A stretch of 64,000 nt of DNA from Mizuhopecten yessoensis. Its lineage: Eukaryota. Where the stretch lies: positions 3,309,898 to 3,373,897 of the forward strand of contig NW_018408465.1 in assembly GCF_002113885.1 (NCBI RefSeq), written 5' to 3'. Below, piece after piece: positions 29,530 to 45,100 of the stretch. Below the pieces are notes generated by a model, which worked only from the letters and a program-made list of their open reading frames with translations, ran no database searches and was not told where the DNA came from. Both the position numbers and the translations under genes were made by a program. How positions within the stretch are numbered: position 1 is the first letter of the stretch; every line of letters begins with the position of its first letter.

Positions 29530-29640
29530 GTAAAATAAACACTTGTCTGACACTGACTATGCAATAATACTCATGTTGCTTACGTATATTGTAAGTAAAA
29601 TAAGCACTTGTCTGATACTGACTATGTAATAATACTCATG
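29530..29640. repeat. ~46-bp direct duplication (gtaaaataa.cacttgtctga.actgactatg.aataatactcatg)x2
   Basis: Seen directly, ~65 bp apart. Confidence 0.8.
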
Positions 29641-32600
29641 GCTTTTTTATGTTTGTTATTTATATTCACTGTATAATATCGCCTCTTTAGTTGACTTATG
29701 TAGTTTGTTGATCGAAGGGTTTTGGTTTCTTAGCTGGAAGTTTTCCAAACGCTTAAAACATCAGATAACCTGTGTCACAGCACATCATGCAATCTGTCGG
29801 CGTTTTAGGCACAATTAATTATAAATATATTTATATGAGTTTTACGACTATGAACATAAAATTCATTTAGACACAACAAATTATTAGAATATGTAAATCA
29901 TGCAGATGTTCCAGTATACATGTGTATGATGTCTTAACTTCTGTTCAAACTAGACAGCTGAAATAAAAAGTTGCATTTGTCGCAGATGTCAGAAATGTCA
30001 TTTTCCTTCTATGAACTTGAATTGCATTTCTCTGCATGTCTTTGAAGTTTAATAAATAAATAACATTTGACTTTATGTGACAGCGTATGGACTAAACTCA
30101 TTGCTGTCGCAGCATGGGTCATGGCTGGGCTCAAAACGTGATGCAATTGAACTTAAAACATTTAAAGCATTCGGATCATATACCGTGAAATTTAGAACAT
30201 AAAACAAGAATCAAACACGTACGGGAGTAATTTTCTGGACACTTCAATAGATTGTACAACAGTTCGTCTTTTGATGAATCTGATTGAGGGACCACTTACC
30301 ACACTAAGCAAACATGATAAGCTTGGGACATGAAAACATAGTTCTAGATCTTATAGCTAGAGCACAAATAAAACATGCTGCAATTTAATACTGTTGTGTC
30401 GCCGACTCCGTGCTCAAGCATAAGATGTATGTATACAGAACAGGCAAAACATTATATAAAAACAGCCACGATAGTAAACTAGTGAAATCGGTCAGTCTTT
30501 GTCCGTTGTATTACATATTGCGTAGCTACCTACTTAAATTTCTTTGGGACAATTTTTTACATTTTGGTTGTTCCTCTCCACACATTATGGTGACACGCCG
30601 TGCCCTGTACCGGCTCCATCGTGTGGATATTTGAATACCTCAAAATGTCCGCTACCCTAAACCACATTAAACCTCATGACTGCTGGCGAATACGACATTT
30701 AAAAGGCAAATTAGTCACACTGCAATGCTCAAGAAAAACATTTCCATTATACGAAGTTTTAAGCTGGATTGATTGTGGTAATCTATTTGTAAATTCCTGC
30801 TCCACCCGAATTATGTATTCTATTGCACAAGTCGTATGATAAAACGGAGAACACAGTTAACCCAGTCTGGTGCATTCTACTCATCATTTCGTGCCGTATT
30901 ATATAACAGGAAGACACGCACGTGTGCCGTTTCATATGACGGTACCTGGTCCTGTATCCGTAGTTGTACGACACGAGGGGATATTAAAGCTTAGACAGGC
31001 GAAACGATCATCAATATTTTTATTCGGATTACATACCGCATTTTTAATATCATTTTTATTAGTTTGGGCGATCGATTGCTAATAAAGGATTGCCAGTATG
31101 CAGTCTGAAGTACCGGTAACGCCAATGATTTATACTCTGTGTATTCCCACTAGCTACACTGTCACCGAGGTTAAAGAACCTCGTCAGTCCTAGCATCTCT
31201 GATTCCCAGTAAATATTTCGATAAATGTGCTTATTCCTGATTAATAACATTTGTTAATTGTTTTCTCTCCAAAAGTTTTGGCTTGAAAAAAATACAAAAT
31301 ACTAACAATTTTACAAAACAAAACCATACACATGACAATTATTTTATTTTAACATATGCATTAGTTATCCCTTCAAGTGAACTATTTTTTGATAGATCCA
31401 CTGTTGTCCCTCGAAATGAAATTAGTTTTCAGTTATAATAGTTGACAATAAAGGTTTTAAATTATCAGGATCCTGAATACCTAGATTTCACACTTAACAA
31501 TAAAGAAGCACAGTGTTACAAAGGGAGATTAATATTTGGGTAGACGCAAACAGATCATTTCCCTCGTGAACTTTTATTTATAGTAATTACAAGGTATCTA
31601 AACATAGTGATTCATACTTGGGTGTATTTTTGTAGTTATTATGAATTGAGTATGTTGGTTTATGTTTCATATAACCAGACAATAGACATGTTTATATATG
31701 ACAATTGACACTAGGTGTTATACCTGTAAAAATATAATGTGATATTTGCAATCTGCTCACTTATAAATATATAACCAACAGTCCCACAGTTTATGATTTG
31801 GTGTAAAATCATTGGGTGCTCGTCATTGCTTCAAAACGAAAGTGATGTAGTTTCAAGTTAAGTGTTCTTATTCTAGAAACATGTATAAATAACCATGGTT
31901 AGTCTTTATCACAATCCAAATATACATTCCTTATCTATAATTTGGATTGTTAATTTCATGGAAAAACTGTAAAAAAAATAAATAATTGTAAAGCGTCATG
32001 TTTCGTGTAAGTGTGCCAAATTTTGGTCTAAAAAAATACCAAAATTATTTAAATAAAGTTAAATAAAGGCACTTTCAATGTAAGTATAAATGTTTGGTTG
32101 AATGACATCGATAGCCATTTACAGCAGATGCCGTTAACCGTTGCAGGATCTCGAACTCCCAAACAAACTTTATGGAAACATAACAAGGTAGAACCTGGGT
32201 AGTAACTAATGACTTTTTGTTGTATAAAGTCTGTTCTATTAGCTATATGTTCTTAATGGAAATTGACTCTAAATGGACACGTCATGAAAAGGTTAAGTAG
32301 ACAAGCACGTGTCGTTGTACACATAATCGAATACCTTGCCGTGCAGTAAGTACTAGTACGTGTTTTGTATTATAAGTGTTTAAAGAAAGACAATCAGGTG
32401 AGGTTTGTCATTAGTTTTACATCGCGGGTGTCAATTTCAGCGCTAATTGTTCCATTATCCTAACGAGTACCGTAAACATATACCTGATCAATAAACGAGA
32501 TGTAGACAACAGTAGTGTACTAAAACATTCCTAACGAACAAGGTCAGGCTAATAGCACTTATATGTACCTTATCAACATTATAATTACACAACTGTTCGA

Positions 32601-33046
32601 GGTCACACGTAAACAGCGAAAGTTCATCTGTTTGTTCTCTACATAACAATGGTTTAAAAGATACCTTTGACGACTGATTGAAAGCACATACCTGCAGCAT
32701 TCTGTATACTGTATACGTATACCGATATTCTTCTTAATCCAAATTAGGGTAACAGGTACATCATCTCAATGCCCTGACATTAATGGTCATATAAATTATT
32801 TGTTTTGACATAGTTAACAGTTTCATGAATCTGAATCAATTTCTTAGGTGTAGGAAATAGGAAATAAAAGTGGCAGACGTTATCTGATCAGTTTAGCTAT
32901 ATTGGAATGTCTGAGTGTCATTAGATTGTCAAACATGGTGAAGTATGTATTTTAATAATACATCTACTTGGACCAAGCAGTGTCATACATACAAAAATAT
33001 GTAATATATTATCCATAGGCACTGACCAATGTATGTGTTCTTGCAG

Positions 33047-33163
33047 GCTGCTAGTGATGGCCGGAAAAAGGCAACAGTGTTTCCTCCTCTGCCAATTGAG
33101 CGGGAGCCAACCTTCCAACGGCAGCCCCGGACTTTACAGACACTCCAAGGGAACCCGGAGGAG
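33047..33163 (+). CDS. NWD gene internal exon (AASDGRKK...GNPEE)
   Basis: ttgcag|GCT ... GAG|gtaaat; 117 nt, phase 0/0, open frame. Confidence 0.7.
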
Positions 33164-36100
33164 GTAAATATAATGACCAAATAGTATAGCATCACTTTAA
33201 GTAATCCGGGGGAAGTTAATATACTGTCCGAATAGTTTATCATCACTATAAGTAATCCGAGGAAGGTTAATATAATGTTTGTTAAGTATAGCGAAGGAGA
33301 TAACTTTAATGGCCGAGTAATAGTTATCATTGTGATGAATATAATAGGTACACTTAAGAAATCATCGCTGTAGTGTACATTGTAAGTCAAAAGAATGTAA
33401 GTGATAGGTACGCATGGCATCACTGCAGTACAGTAAGCCAGACCCCAGTTTTACGAACTAGGGTTTTCCAGCGTAATTTTCCTCTGCAAAAAAATGATGT
33501 AATGTTAGTAAAACTGAAGCAGACTATTACATTTACTTAACTCGTCTGCTGGATCATGTGTTTCTGTATTCTGTCGATATGAAATATTTATATTAAATTG
33601 TATCTTCTGAAAATGAAAATATTCCTGTGAGACACCAGTATATATCTCATTGGAAAATTAGATGCATTCCAACATATTCCGGTGACATCTCTATATGGTA
33701 TATTATTTTAGTTATGAAGGGTTTCACAAAGGCACCGCTTCGAAATTTCAGTGTTTCTATTCCGCCTTTTCGTATTGCAGAGTTATCTGCTCTTGAGAGC
33801 AGGTATTGATTATTACGTCATTTGTTTGTGAGAGTAACGTCATAAATTTTGAGAAAACGACGTAATTTTCTCACACAAACTAATGACTTAACAATCAATA
33901 CCTGCTCACAAGAGCAGATAACTCTGCAATACGAAAAGACGGAATAGATATATAAGAACACTTCACACATATACGTTTGACCTTGAGCAACATTCATGAG
34001 TCCTCAATCGCCGAAATGGTCACATGCTGTTTTAATGGCTTTCTACATCGAATTACTGAAAATTTAGATAAGTATTTACTTCGTGTTTCTATCGATTATT
34101 TTAGCAGTACACGTGACCAACACGTAGGTGTATTCCGGAGAAATAAGATGTCTGACTGTCAAAATACATCGTACTCGTTAGTTCTAGTCCAGGAATTTTG
34201 CAATTAGGATAAAATATATGTTCCTATGGATATAGAAACGTATGTAGTGAATTATTTCGACTCTTGGGGTGTTTCCTGTACAGAAGTGTTGTACTTACAG
34301 GCTGCTGAGAGTCACTGGCAGCTACAAAGCAAGAAGGTCAGCATGGACGTGGACAAACGAATCGTCAACCATCTTAGGGTAGGTCGTCACTGGTCCACTG
34401 GTTTAACAAATCACATACCAATAATATAGTTCACGTTCAAGTTCAATTTGTTTATTTAAGTGTCACATATCACAATTACATTTATGTTCATTAATACATA
34501 TCAAATACTTGTACAAAATATAAATCAATTCCATTGGTACATGTAAAATACTTGCAGTTGGCTGTTTCCTAGAACTTAAAATAGTTTGTTTAACATAAAA
34601 AAAACCACCCACTTGTAATAGGGATCAATATCGACATTAGATTATTGTGAGACTACCCTTCTTATTATTATTAACATGTAGGTTGCAGTGACTCAAAGTG
34701 CGCTACCTTAGGGTTGGGGAGAGCCCTACCAGCGAAGACAGGTCGCTCTGCGCCACTGCAATCATACGATGTAATATATACTCAACCCAAATCAACGAGA
34801 AAGCTAAATATGTTGTAATAAATGGTTTGCCATATAAATATATACGAAAAACACACCGTACAATTGCAGTAGTCTCAATATAAATGATCATAGACGGTTC
34901 AATAAAAATGTCGTCCAACGTTAAAAGAAATGTAACTGTAGAATATTTATTTTGATAAACATTCAACTTCTCAAATTAACTCCATAGGTATCGTCACACT
35001 ATTATTGAGTAGACAGTTAAGAAAGTATTCACAAAAGATTAGTAATCATGTTGTAAATTGGTTCATTAATAAATTCATGTTCAGGGTCCTCGAATACGTT
35101 TAGTTGACCAAGCTTCTAAAACCCAGGCAAAGATATAATGTGTTTAAGATTGATGACCAAAGCAGCAGTTTTAAATCAATGTTATAACACAAATAGTCTG
35201 CTCCGTTATCTATATTGTCTATTACTATCTCATTATTTCATTTACTTTCCATTGGTTTTATTTGAACTTTATATTAGTTCTATCATCATTTTGAAGGCTA
35301 TAAGTGGTTACCAGAGTTACATTAAGACATAATAGACATCAAAATGGAAGTTTTGTTTTTATTGGACTTGTCCAGTCTAAGTTTGCGAGCATTGCTGTCT
35401 GACACACGATTTACACACCTTGTTTAACAGAGGAAGATGAACAAACGATTACAACAGAGAATGAACCCGGCCCTGGATCCGTCCGCAGACGAGTTGTCCC
35501 TTATGGAAGGCCAGGACTGGGCAAACGCAAAGAGGATGGGCAGTGTGAAGATGGTGAGTGAACCCTAAATCGATCAAAGTTTAAACACAAACTATAGGAG
35601 GTGCGACAAAGGGAGACAATAATTCGAACAAAAAAATGATTATAAATAAATACATAAATGTATTTAACCGGAGCGAAAATAAGCTCCAGAAAATGATACT
35701 TTATTATTTTCATTACTACATAAATTTAATACATACATACATTTTATGATATCCTTGTTGCCTTTTATCAATATCCGACGTTAACATATCAATCGTTAGA
35801 TTTTTCAGTAGACAAATCTCAGTCTCCCTAACAGTACATATCAAAGTTGATGCGCCAATGCAGATCCTAAGTATCCGGATTAACTGTAAAGATGCGTCCT
35901 GGTGACCAATACACTACTTCACTAGGGTTCTCGACCAGTGAATCTATAATCTACTCTTAAACATTTTACAGCGTCACCATCACCTGATCTTCAGCTATAT
36001 AATTTCATTATCTGTCATCAATAAACTTTCACAGCCCAAGATATCTACTGATTTTACCACATTAGCATTTTCCCGAACATGTGACGTACAGGGAAGGTGA

Positions 36101-39100
36101 TAATCTATTTTTTTTTTTTCAAACGAACGACTTTCTAAAACTATGGAATGTATGCAATATATATGATGTTTTAAAATATGTTCATGTTGTCTGATTCATT
36201 ACTTCACAAAAGAACGAATATAATTCAATATATAAATATACAGAAATTTACAGTTTTTTTTATTTGTTCTGCCATTGCGATGAAATGCTACTGATGAAGA
36301 AAGCAAAAACGTTTCGTGTTTTTATATTGCAGCCAAAGAATCATGAAAACGAACTATTCAACAAATATTCTGACACTGGTGAAAAATTAACAATGAAGCA
36401 GAGTCAACGTAAACCGTCGATTAAAAAATCGAAAGTGTTACACAATGGACAGCACAACGGTCACGTGAACGGACATGACATCAACGGTAGCCATGGTAAT
36501 CATTTGCAGGACAGCATTCACAAGAGGGATGTAACTAGGAAGGAGAGTACTGACAATCAAAGTGACACGGCGACACATCGTTCAAAACGTGTGTCTTCTG
36601 TCACTATCTCTTTGGATGAAGTGTCGAAACAAAATGGTGTCGATAAAACTACAGACAAGAAAGGTATGATAGAAAATGGTGAATCAAAAGAAAATAGTGA
36701 ATCAAAGGAAAATGTGAAAAGCAAAATAGACACGATAGGTAAAAAAGCTCATTCTAAATCTTCTGCAAAAGAAGGCGACCAGTCTGAGAAAAAGGCAGGA
36801 GAGGATGTAATTGATGATGAGCCATCTGATGTGGAGGAGGATGACGATGATGATGAATTGTTTGACTTAACAAGACTTAAAACACAATTAGGAGAGAGTC
36901 CCGAACCGGAAGTGATAGAAAGTTTCCGAAAACTTAGTGTTAGTCCCGTGCAAACTCCGTGCGTGTTACGACCTTTGACCCGCGCGGACTCTCAGTATGC
37001 AACGGGGGATAGAATGACAGATATTCTGAAAGGACATGTGCACCGGATGTGTCAGCCAGAGAGTACAGTCGTTCCGATTTATATCAGTTCCGGTTTTACA
37101 GGTAATGCCATATTTACGTATTTCTATACAATGGCACGATAATGATAGCATAGGAAATATTCGAAATCTTTCGAAACGTTCATTTATATACACATGGTTG
37201 TTTTTAAAAGAACTATATTGATTTCACGCCTGATGAGCAGTTCTGTATTATATCTTGTTTATGAACATATATATATATAGTTTGTCCATTTTGTACAAGT
37301 TTGTATCAAATAAATGAAAGTTATTTGCTTTTCCCATATACACAGACACACTGGCGGAGAAGACAGCATTTGAGGAGACGGTATCATTAGACTTGAGGGA
37401 ATACTGCGCGGCCCGGGGGTACGAGCTGGAGTTGTATGACCTTCACTGGGGCATGACGGACACTGTGACGGATGACCACTCCTACCCCGGCACCTGCCTG
37501 ACCACCATCAATAGGTGTCTCGAGTCCAACCCAGGTGTCAACATACTCGTGAGTATTATTGCAATCTTGGTACAAAAATGGTCATGATATATATTTATTT
37601 TATTTTGTTATCGTTCTCTTTTTTTGGTGTTTGTTTGAATTAAAAACTATCGAAAGTTGCACGAGCAAGACAGTAATGTTTCTCTCCTTTGTCTGTTTTG
37701 TCAGCTTTTATTGGGAGATAAGTACGGACCATATCTTCTGCCGTCAAATATACCAGTAGAGGAGTTCAACGCCTTTTACGACTTTGTCCAAGACTTCCGT
37801 CAAAGAGAGATTGACCTTATAAAAGAGCAAATAGATGAAATATCGTCTGCACGAGCCGAGCGTGAACGACAGCGTCAGGATGCCGAGAGTGTCCTCACTG
37901 ATGCTACAGATCACTCCAGCGAAAAGGAAGGCAGTACGAGGCCCGAAGGATCGGGTGTATCATCGCCTGCAAAGACTAGAAGGCAGAACGCCGATTTGGC
38001 AAAGGCTGAGGCACAGACCCTTAAAAACCTCAAGGAGCAGGAAGCAATCTTGACTGATCCCGAAATCCTAAAGGAATGGTACAGTCTAGACGAGAACTGC
38101 ATACCCCCGGTATACAAGCTAGATAATATCAGGTCAGTGGTTCGTCAGATACAGAATCAGTTCAAATAGGTTCATAGCACTCCTAACTGTCCATCAGTTA
38201 AAGTTAAGGATCTATGTGACAGCAATTCAAGTGATGTATAATATTTACAAAAAACATTTCAAACATCTTGGTACCGAATAGGAAATATATTGGTTTAGTT
38301 TCTCGATTTTTCAGTGCCCACTACAAAGAGTTTGCCAATGCGAAGAAGAGGGATGCAGCTAAGAACTCTTTCACAGAGGTGACAAAGAAACTCCGCGGGG
38401 TGTTTGACGAATTCGCACCCATGGTGATCACCGATCCTTTTGCAAGAAAGAAATATTTCTCCACTAGTAAGTACTCCGTAGGGAATGTGACATAACAATT
38501 ATGGGATATATTCTGTTTTATTGAAAAAACGTATCAAACCTTACAATGTTTATATCAGTTATATCAATGATAACAAAACATATACCAATCACTGATATCA
38601 ACTAGATTCACCTACAAGAAAACAAATCACCCATTAATCTGACCTAGTATTCTATCTGGTTTATAATACCAGGCCCATGCTTACGATGTGATGTGTATAC
38701 AACAAACAAAGCGTAAATCTGAACTCAAAATTCAATTAGAAAAATGAGATATTGCCTCGGGTTAAAACAGATATATCGCCTTATGCGTGTTTCAATTTGA
38801 ATATTGTATTCACTATACAGGTTTTAATGAAAAACTGTCCAACAAACTATTAGTTAACAAACCACCTTACAATTTATCGCACAGTGATTGGTCTCGAGAT
38901 CGAGCATGGTATCCTAGAGACGGATGCGTCTGACAACCACTGTCTCGTGGTTCAGCGGACCATCACTGACATCAGCCGGAATCTCAACGACAGCGCGGCA
39001 ACAGACTTCGTGGACGTAAGCAAGGAAAATCCTCACGCGCTCGACAAAACTCAGTCATCCATCATCCAAGATCTCAAACTGGAGACTTTGCCTACAAAGG

Positions 39101-42100
39101 TAAGACACTGCGAGGAAATTTCAAATAGTAAAATTTTACAAGTGCTATAATAGAAAACAAAATCTGGAGCGTTTTAAATTAACGAAGAAGTTATTTGGGG
39201 TTTTGAGCGCTTCTACTCTGATTTCATTATAAAATGATTTATATATAAAAAAGATGCATTTTACACATGCTTTACACATCAAACCATTGGCATTTATGTG
39301 TACAACACTAACAGTTTACGTAATAAGGCTTTCTCACGTTCCTATAACAGGTTGGAGTGGCAAACATCCTACCGTACGATGTCGAATGGGCAGCAGGAGG
39401 AGTGATCATTGGAGGTCATAGGTCTCACCAACATTACATAGAGCGCATGTGCAAACAGGTCACGGAAACTCTGAAGAAGCAATTATGCATCTACTTTGAT
39501 GAGAGAAAACGAAAAGTGGACGACAAAACTAAGCTGTTCGACGAGGTGTCACAGCATGTGGCATTTTGTCAAGAAAGGTACTTATACGCACTCATACTGA
39601 TTTACTCCTTTTTTTATATAAATATATGTTTTGCTTATTTAAGTTTTTTTCTTTCTCTTCATGCGAGTAATTGATATAGTTTTTGATGATCTGCTCGACG
39701 TATCGGAACTGAATACATTCTATATTACGTATGGCTCCTTATATATACCTCTTATTATCTATTCCACGAACAATCTAGAACAATATGCGTTTGACGCCTA
39801 CAATAAATATGTTCGAAGAACGTTGAGGAACGAGTTCTTTATGTAGTTTCAAAAAGAGAATATGTTTCAATTTAATCTGAGATAATCTATAGTTTTCCTC
39901 GAACGAATTAACAAACATAAAAATATTTCGGTCTGTAATGAATTTGAAAATTCAGTGCGTTCCCGCCAATGCCATGCCGCGAGAAAGGTGGAACGTAAAA
40001 ACGATTTCAATACAAGTGCTGAATTTTCCTCTCAGACTGCATATTCATAAAATAATATAATCAATAAAACAACCTGATTAAAAATATCAACAGTCGACGT
40101 AAACAAGTGTATAGCCAATTATGCGTAGATCAAAAATTTGTTTTTCTGCGTCAAAGTCGCCAATGAAGTCGTTTTTATGTAAATAATTTATAGATTCACC
40201 GCTTTAATTGATGAAAAATAAGTTCTTGTGTACCTGTTTACAGCTAGCAGCTTGTCAGTATCAGTGTATATTCCTTTACATCTGTTCTACAGAACGAAGC
40301 ACTTCCAGGGGAGGAAGGAGCTCCTTCAGTTGGTGAAATCTTACCTCAGGTCTAAATGCCCGTCTCCGCTGGTTCTCTATGGCAAGGCGGGTTGTGGTAA
40401 AACTGCCCTTCTTTGCAAGACAGCCAAGGAGACACACAAGTGGTTCAGAGGGTACGAAACGTTACCAAACACTATCATACATCTGCTATCTGATCGTATA
40501 ACTACGTGTAACTACACTAGTGACCGTTTATCAATATAACAATGAATTGTCAACATTAAAGTGATGTGTGCTATATGACGTACAAATGATTATCTTATGA
40601 TGAAAATATATTCAGAATAATACCAGGAGCGTAAAGTAAAGGAATCACATCAGGTTTTGTCATGAATATGTCGAATTTATTTTCGTCCTCTTACATTCTT
40701 ACCGACCCGCTGTATTTATGTAGGTGGTTAGTGACGACAAATCATAACTAACGATATCTTACCGTTTCAGACACAACATGAGCGTGCTGTTGCGGGTAAT
40801 AGGAATCACGACCAGTTCCACAAACGTACGCTCGCTCCTCCGCGACCTCTGTCTGCAGATGTGTCAGGTGTTCGGCACCAATGTAGAGGATGTCCCAACG
40901 GTGAGTTTCCTCTGCCAGTATTTCTATGTATATCTTACACTATTACCGAAACTCGACATATTCTTGATTTAAATTTGCTGTTGTTATTCAGTACCTTTGG
41001 GGTGAGAAAGGCTGATCTCAACCCCAAGGAAAAAAATATTAAGTTGCAAAACTCGACACTTGCCGAGTGTTTGGTAACTTAAGGGGCATTCTCCAAGTGT
41101 TGAGATCCACGACATCCCACCTTCAACGGGATGAACAATGTATTTTCTCTTACCCTGCCGGCCTATATACTGTAAATTAAGCACAATATCGAATTTTAAT
41201 AGATTAGTGCATTTAAGAATTAGTGCATCAGGAAAACCTGCAATGTAGAACAATATACAAGCACTGCAATTAGTGCATTCATAATTAAGCACAATATTTA
41301 AAGCGCAGAAAGCGCTTAAATTTGACGACCGCTAAAACATGTACGTTTACAGTAATGCAGTGTTGGTGTTCAATTAATTAATCAATTCAATTAATATGAC
41401 TGGGGAATTCCCATGTCTTAACCCTAGGGTGAGACAAAGACATCTCACACCGGAAAAAGTGTTGATACACCTGTTCAGATTAAGAGAAATTAACCGTACT
41501 AACCAAAAAGTAACTTAAAAAAGAAAGAAAACACAATTGTGTTTACTTTAAATCACGGTTATTTCGTTACCATATACGTATAGAGACTTTAATTTCCGCA
41601 TTAAAATCCCAGAGAATAAGTGATCTTAACTGATGATCGGGAATATATTTCACAGTGTTTATTGCCATATCGTAATAATATTTGTCACTGTTGATCGCCA
41701 TATACCAATAGTTTTGTTTAGTAATGAACTATTAGGCCGTAGCATATTTCATATATCCATTGCATAGAGACATTTTGTTATATAGACAGACATATTACTA
41801 AAATAATGTATTCTACCAACAGGATTACAAAGGTCTCATGAACGACTTCACCCACCGGTTGTCCCTGGCAACACCTGAAAATCCCATTGTCATTATACTG
41901 GATTCTCTAGATCGCCTATCAGGTAACTTTAAAACTCTTTCAACATAAAAATGATAACCTCACAACAAAAGGAGTTTGTATCAAAACGTATAAGAGAAAT
42001 TATCGAATAAATGATAAAAGTATGTATTTTTATAAACAACGAAATCAAACAAAGGAAACAAATATTTAAATATTTAATGCTGAGAGATCTTAGCAACCGT

Positions 42101-45100
42101 CAACAACAATAACACAACAAAATGTAGTTCCATATTCAATGTTTATTTGTAGCACAGGACACGTGAATACGTGGATATTTCACAAAGCACAGTTCAATAA
42201 TATTTTAAGATGTAAGAATTAAGCATCTAGGTCGGTCGTTCCGAGTGAGTAGTTTTTGTAGTGTATTACTACGCAGTGTGATCAGGTTACTATCAGTTCC
42301 CGCGTGCTGAGATTCTATGAACACCTGTGTTATGCATTTATGAATGTAATTTTTGTCAATGGGTCAAAGCATACAGAATGTAAATATATATATATGGAAA
42401 TGTTGTCTTTAACACAAATAATGACTACAAAATAATGAATCGTTTATAATATCATTAAAGAGATGTGTTATGCCGTAGTACTCTATAAACAATTAAACAA
42501 TTTCAGATGATCACGAAGGAAGAAAACTGACCTGGTTGCCGAAGGAACTGCCTAAGAATGCCTATATTATAGTGTCTACCAATCCAGATGATAAATACGA
42601 ATGTTTTGACAACCTAAGAAAGAGTATCCCCGAGACATCAGAAGCCTACATCGAAATCCCGGAACTTCCGGAACAAGATGCAATAACAATCCTTGAACAT
42701 TGGCTTCACAAAAATGATAAAACCTTCACGGGTGAGCAGTTTGAGTGTCTCGTAGACGCATTTAAGAAATGTCCAATGCCACTTTTTCTGAAGATCGCAT
42801 TTCAAGATGCGCTGTCTTGGACATCGTTAACGGCGCTTGACCAAATCAAATTTGGAGACAACGTAAAAAAGCAAGCCTCTTTCAAATTTGGGAAGCTGGA
42901 GACAAAACACGGCGAGCCCCTGGTACGCAGAGCCCTAGGCTACATCACCGCATCACGGAACGGATTAACTAACAATGAAATGGTGGACATTTTGTCGCTG
43001 GACGATGCTGTCATGGACGACATTATGTCCATCTACCATCCACCACGCCGTAGGTTTCCAACCATTCTTTGGGTTCGTCTTCGGGACGATTTACAGGAAT
43101 ACATCACTGTGATAAAATCACAGAGCATGAGAACATTGCAGTGGGCACATGCACAGTTTAAAGAGGCTGCAGAGGAAAGATACCTGCTCGCTCGTGACAA
43201 GGCCGCATCTTATCACAAAGCAATGGCAGAGTATTTCTTGGGAAAATGGGCAACAAAGAAAAAACCCTTCCCTGGAAATGACAAAGGGATGCTGAGACAT
43301 GTCTCGTCGCAGCCCCTATACTTCGAGCCTGAGGATTCCGTCAAAGACGGATCAGATCGAGTGTACAATCTACGCAGAGTGAACGAACTACCGCATCATT
43401 TGTTGAATTCGTCACAGACGGAACTGTATAAATCACAAGGACTATGCAATTTCGAATGGGTACTTGCCAAATTATGCGGCACTTCTCTCCGAGCACTTGT
43501 TGAGGAATATCAAATAGGCCTGCAAGTGGATCCGACAGACATCGATCTAAAGACGCTATCGGACACAATTCAGTTGTCAGCAACAGCACTTACAAACGAC
43601 CCGCGACAGTTAGCGTCACAGATGATAGGTCGTCTGCATGGAATGATCGCTCGAGACATTCCAGCAACCGCGGGAGATCCTCCAAAATATCCCTATCTGC
43701 ATTCGTTTTATGATCAAGCAAAGTCGCCGTCTCTGCTTTCTCTTATCCCGTCCATCTCGTGTTTGTCTGAACCTGGCGGTATTCTGTTTGACTTATTATC
43801 TGGACATTCTGAGCCAATCACGGCAATGACACTGACGTCAGAAGGACTGAAGGCATTGACGGCATCTGCGGACAATACGATAAAACTGTGGAACATACGG
43901 ACGGGGCGAGTCATGAAAACTATAGACGGAACGGGAACAAACGTCAGATCCATCATACCAGCCCTGAACAATGCTTTGGTAGCCACTGTAGAGGGGAGCG
44001 TCATACGTGTGTGGAACATTCGCTTCAGTGAATGCGTTCTGACCATCGATCATTACCTTGACCCACCCGTGCTTGGGACGGCGGGGGAAGGCAAGTACCT
44101 AGTCGCGCTCTTTGATGGTATTAACATAATGCGAACATGGAATCTGAAGAGGCAGATTATGCCCATGGTCTGTGAAGCAAGGATTGAGGACAACAGTGTG
44201 TACACAGACAATTCTTTACTGATTGCCTCGAGTTCCTTTGACGATAAAGTGTTACATGCATTCAGGGGAGCAAATATGGCAACTGTACAAAATGCGCGAT
44301 CCGGAAAGGTGATTCATACGCTCAAATGCAATGAGAAATCCTCATCTGCAGTCAGTCTTGGGGTGACTAGGGACTATTACATTGTTGCGTGTCGACAACA
44401 ATACATGACCCTTCACGAAATACACCAGCTTGAACTGTTTGACCTGAAGAAAGGTCACTACCTACGGAGCGTTAGAGGGTGCACTCAGGACCACATGACA
44501 AGTTTACATCTTAACTACATGGGAAGTCATGTTATCGCCATTTGCTCTTCAGAAAAAACGTCAACATCTGACATTGCAATCTGGAACCTAGAAACGGAGG
44601 ATCACAAACACTTAGCCCGCCATGCTGGCGTATCGTTGATGGGGGCCTGTGTAGATTTTAAGTACTGTTTGACGGCAGCAAAGGGAGACAAAACACTAAG
44701 AATCTGGAACCTCAGTGGTAAAGTGAATCAATCTATGCCGAAACTGAAGAAGACTCTGGGTGTTACTCAGATTATTCCTATGGTGAACAACCCGAGGTAT
44801 GTAGTCGCTCGTCAAATGAACAGCGGACCAATAAGCGTGTGGAACGTGGTGAGGGCTAAGATCTTGCAAAACGCAGTGAGGATAGAAAGAGGTTTATCGG
44901 AAACGGCAGACGTTGTCATTGTGAGAAACACCAGAGTTGTGATTCTGTCCGACCGCGGATTCTCCAGTGCATCTGATAGTTCCCGGCCTGTTTTCCAAAC
45001 AGTATTAATATACGACCTGAGAGAAAAGAAGTACCTAAAGAAACTAACCGGATGTTATATCACTCCCTGTCCCGCACATGAATATGTCATGCTGGACAAC

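Noticed and set aside
34682-34741. Possible extra NWD exon after catgtag
   Set aside because: The phase-0 reading hits TAG. The alternative needs weak donors and a phase that does not fit the exon at 36333.
35431-35553. Second open reading frame in this exon (EEDEQTITT...)
   Set aside because: Neighbouring exons are phase 0, and a second open frame over 123 nt is expected by chance.
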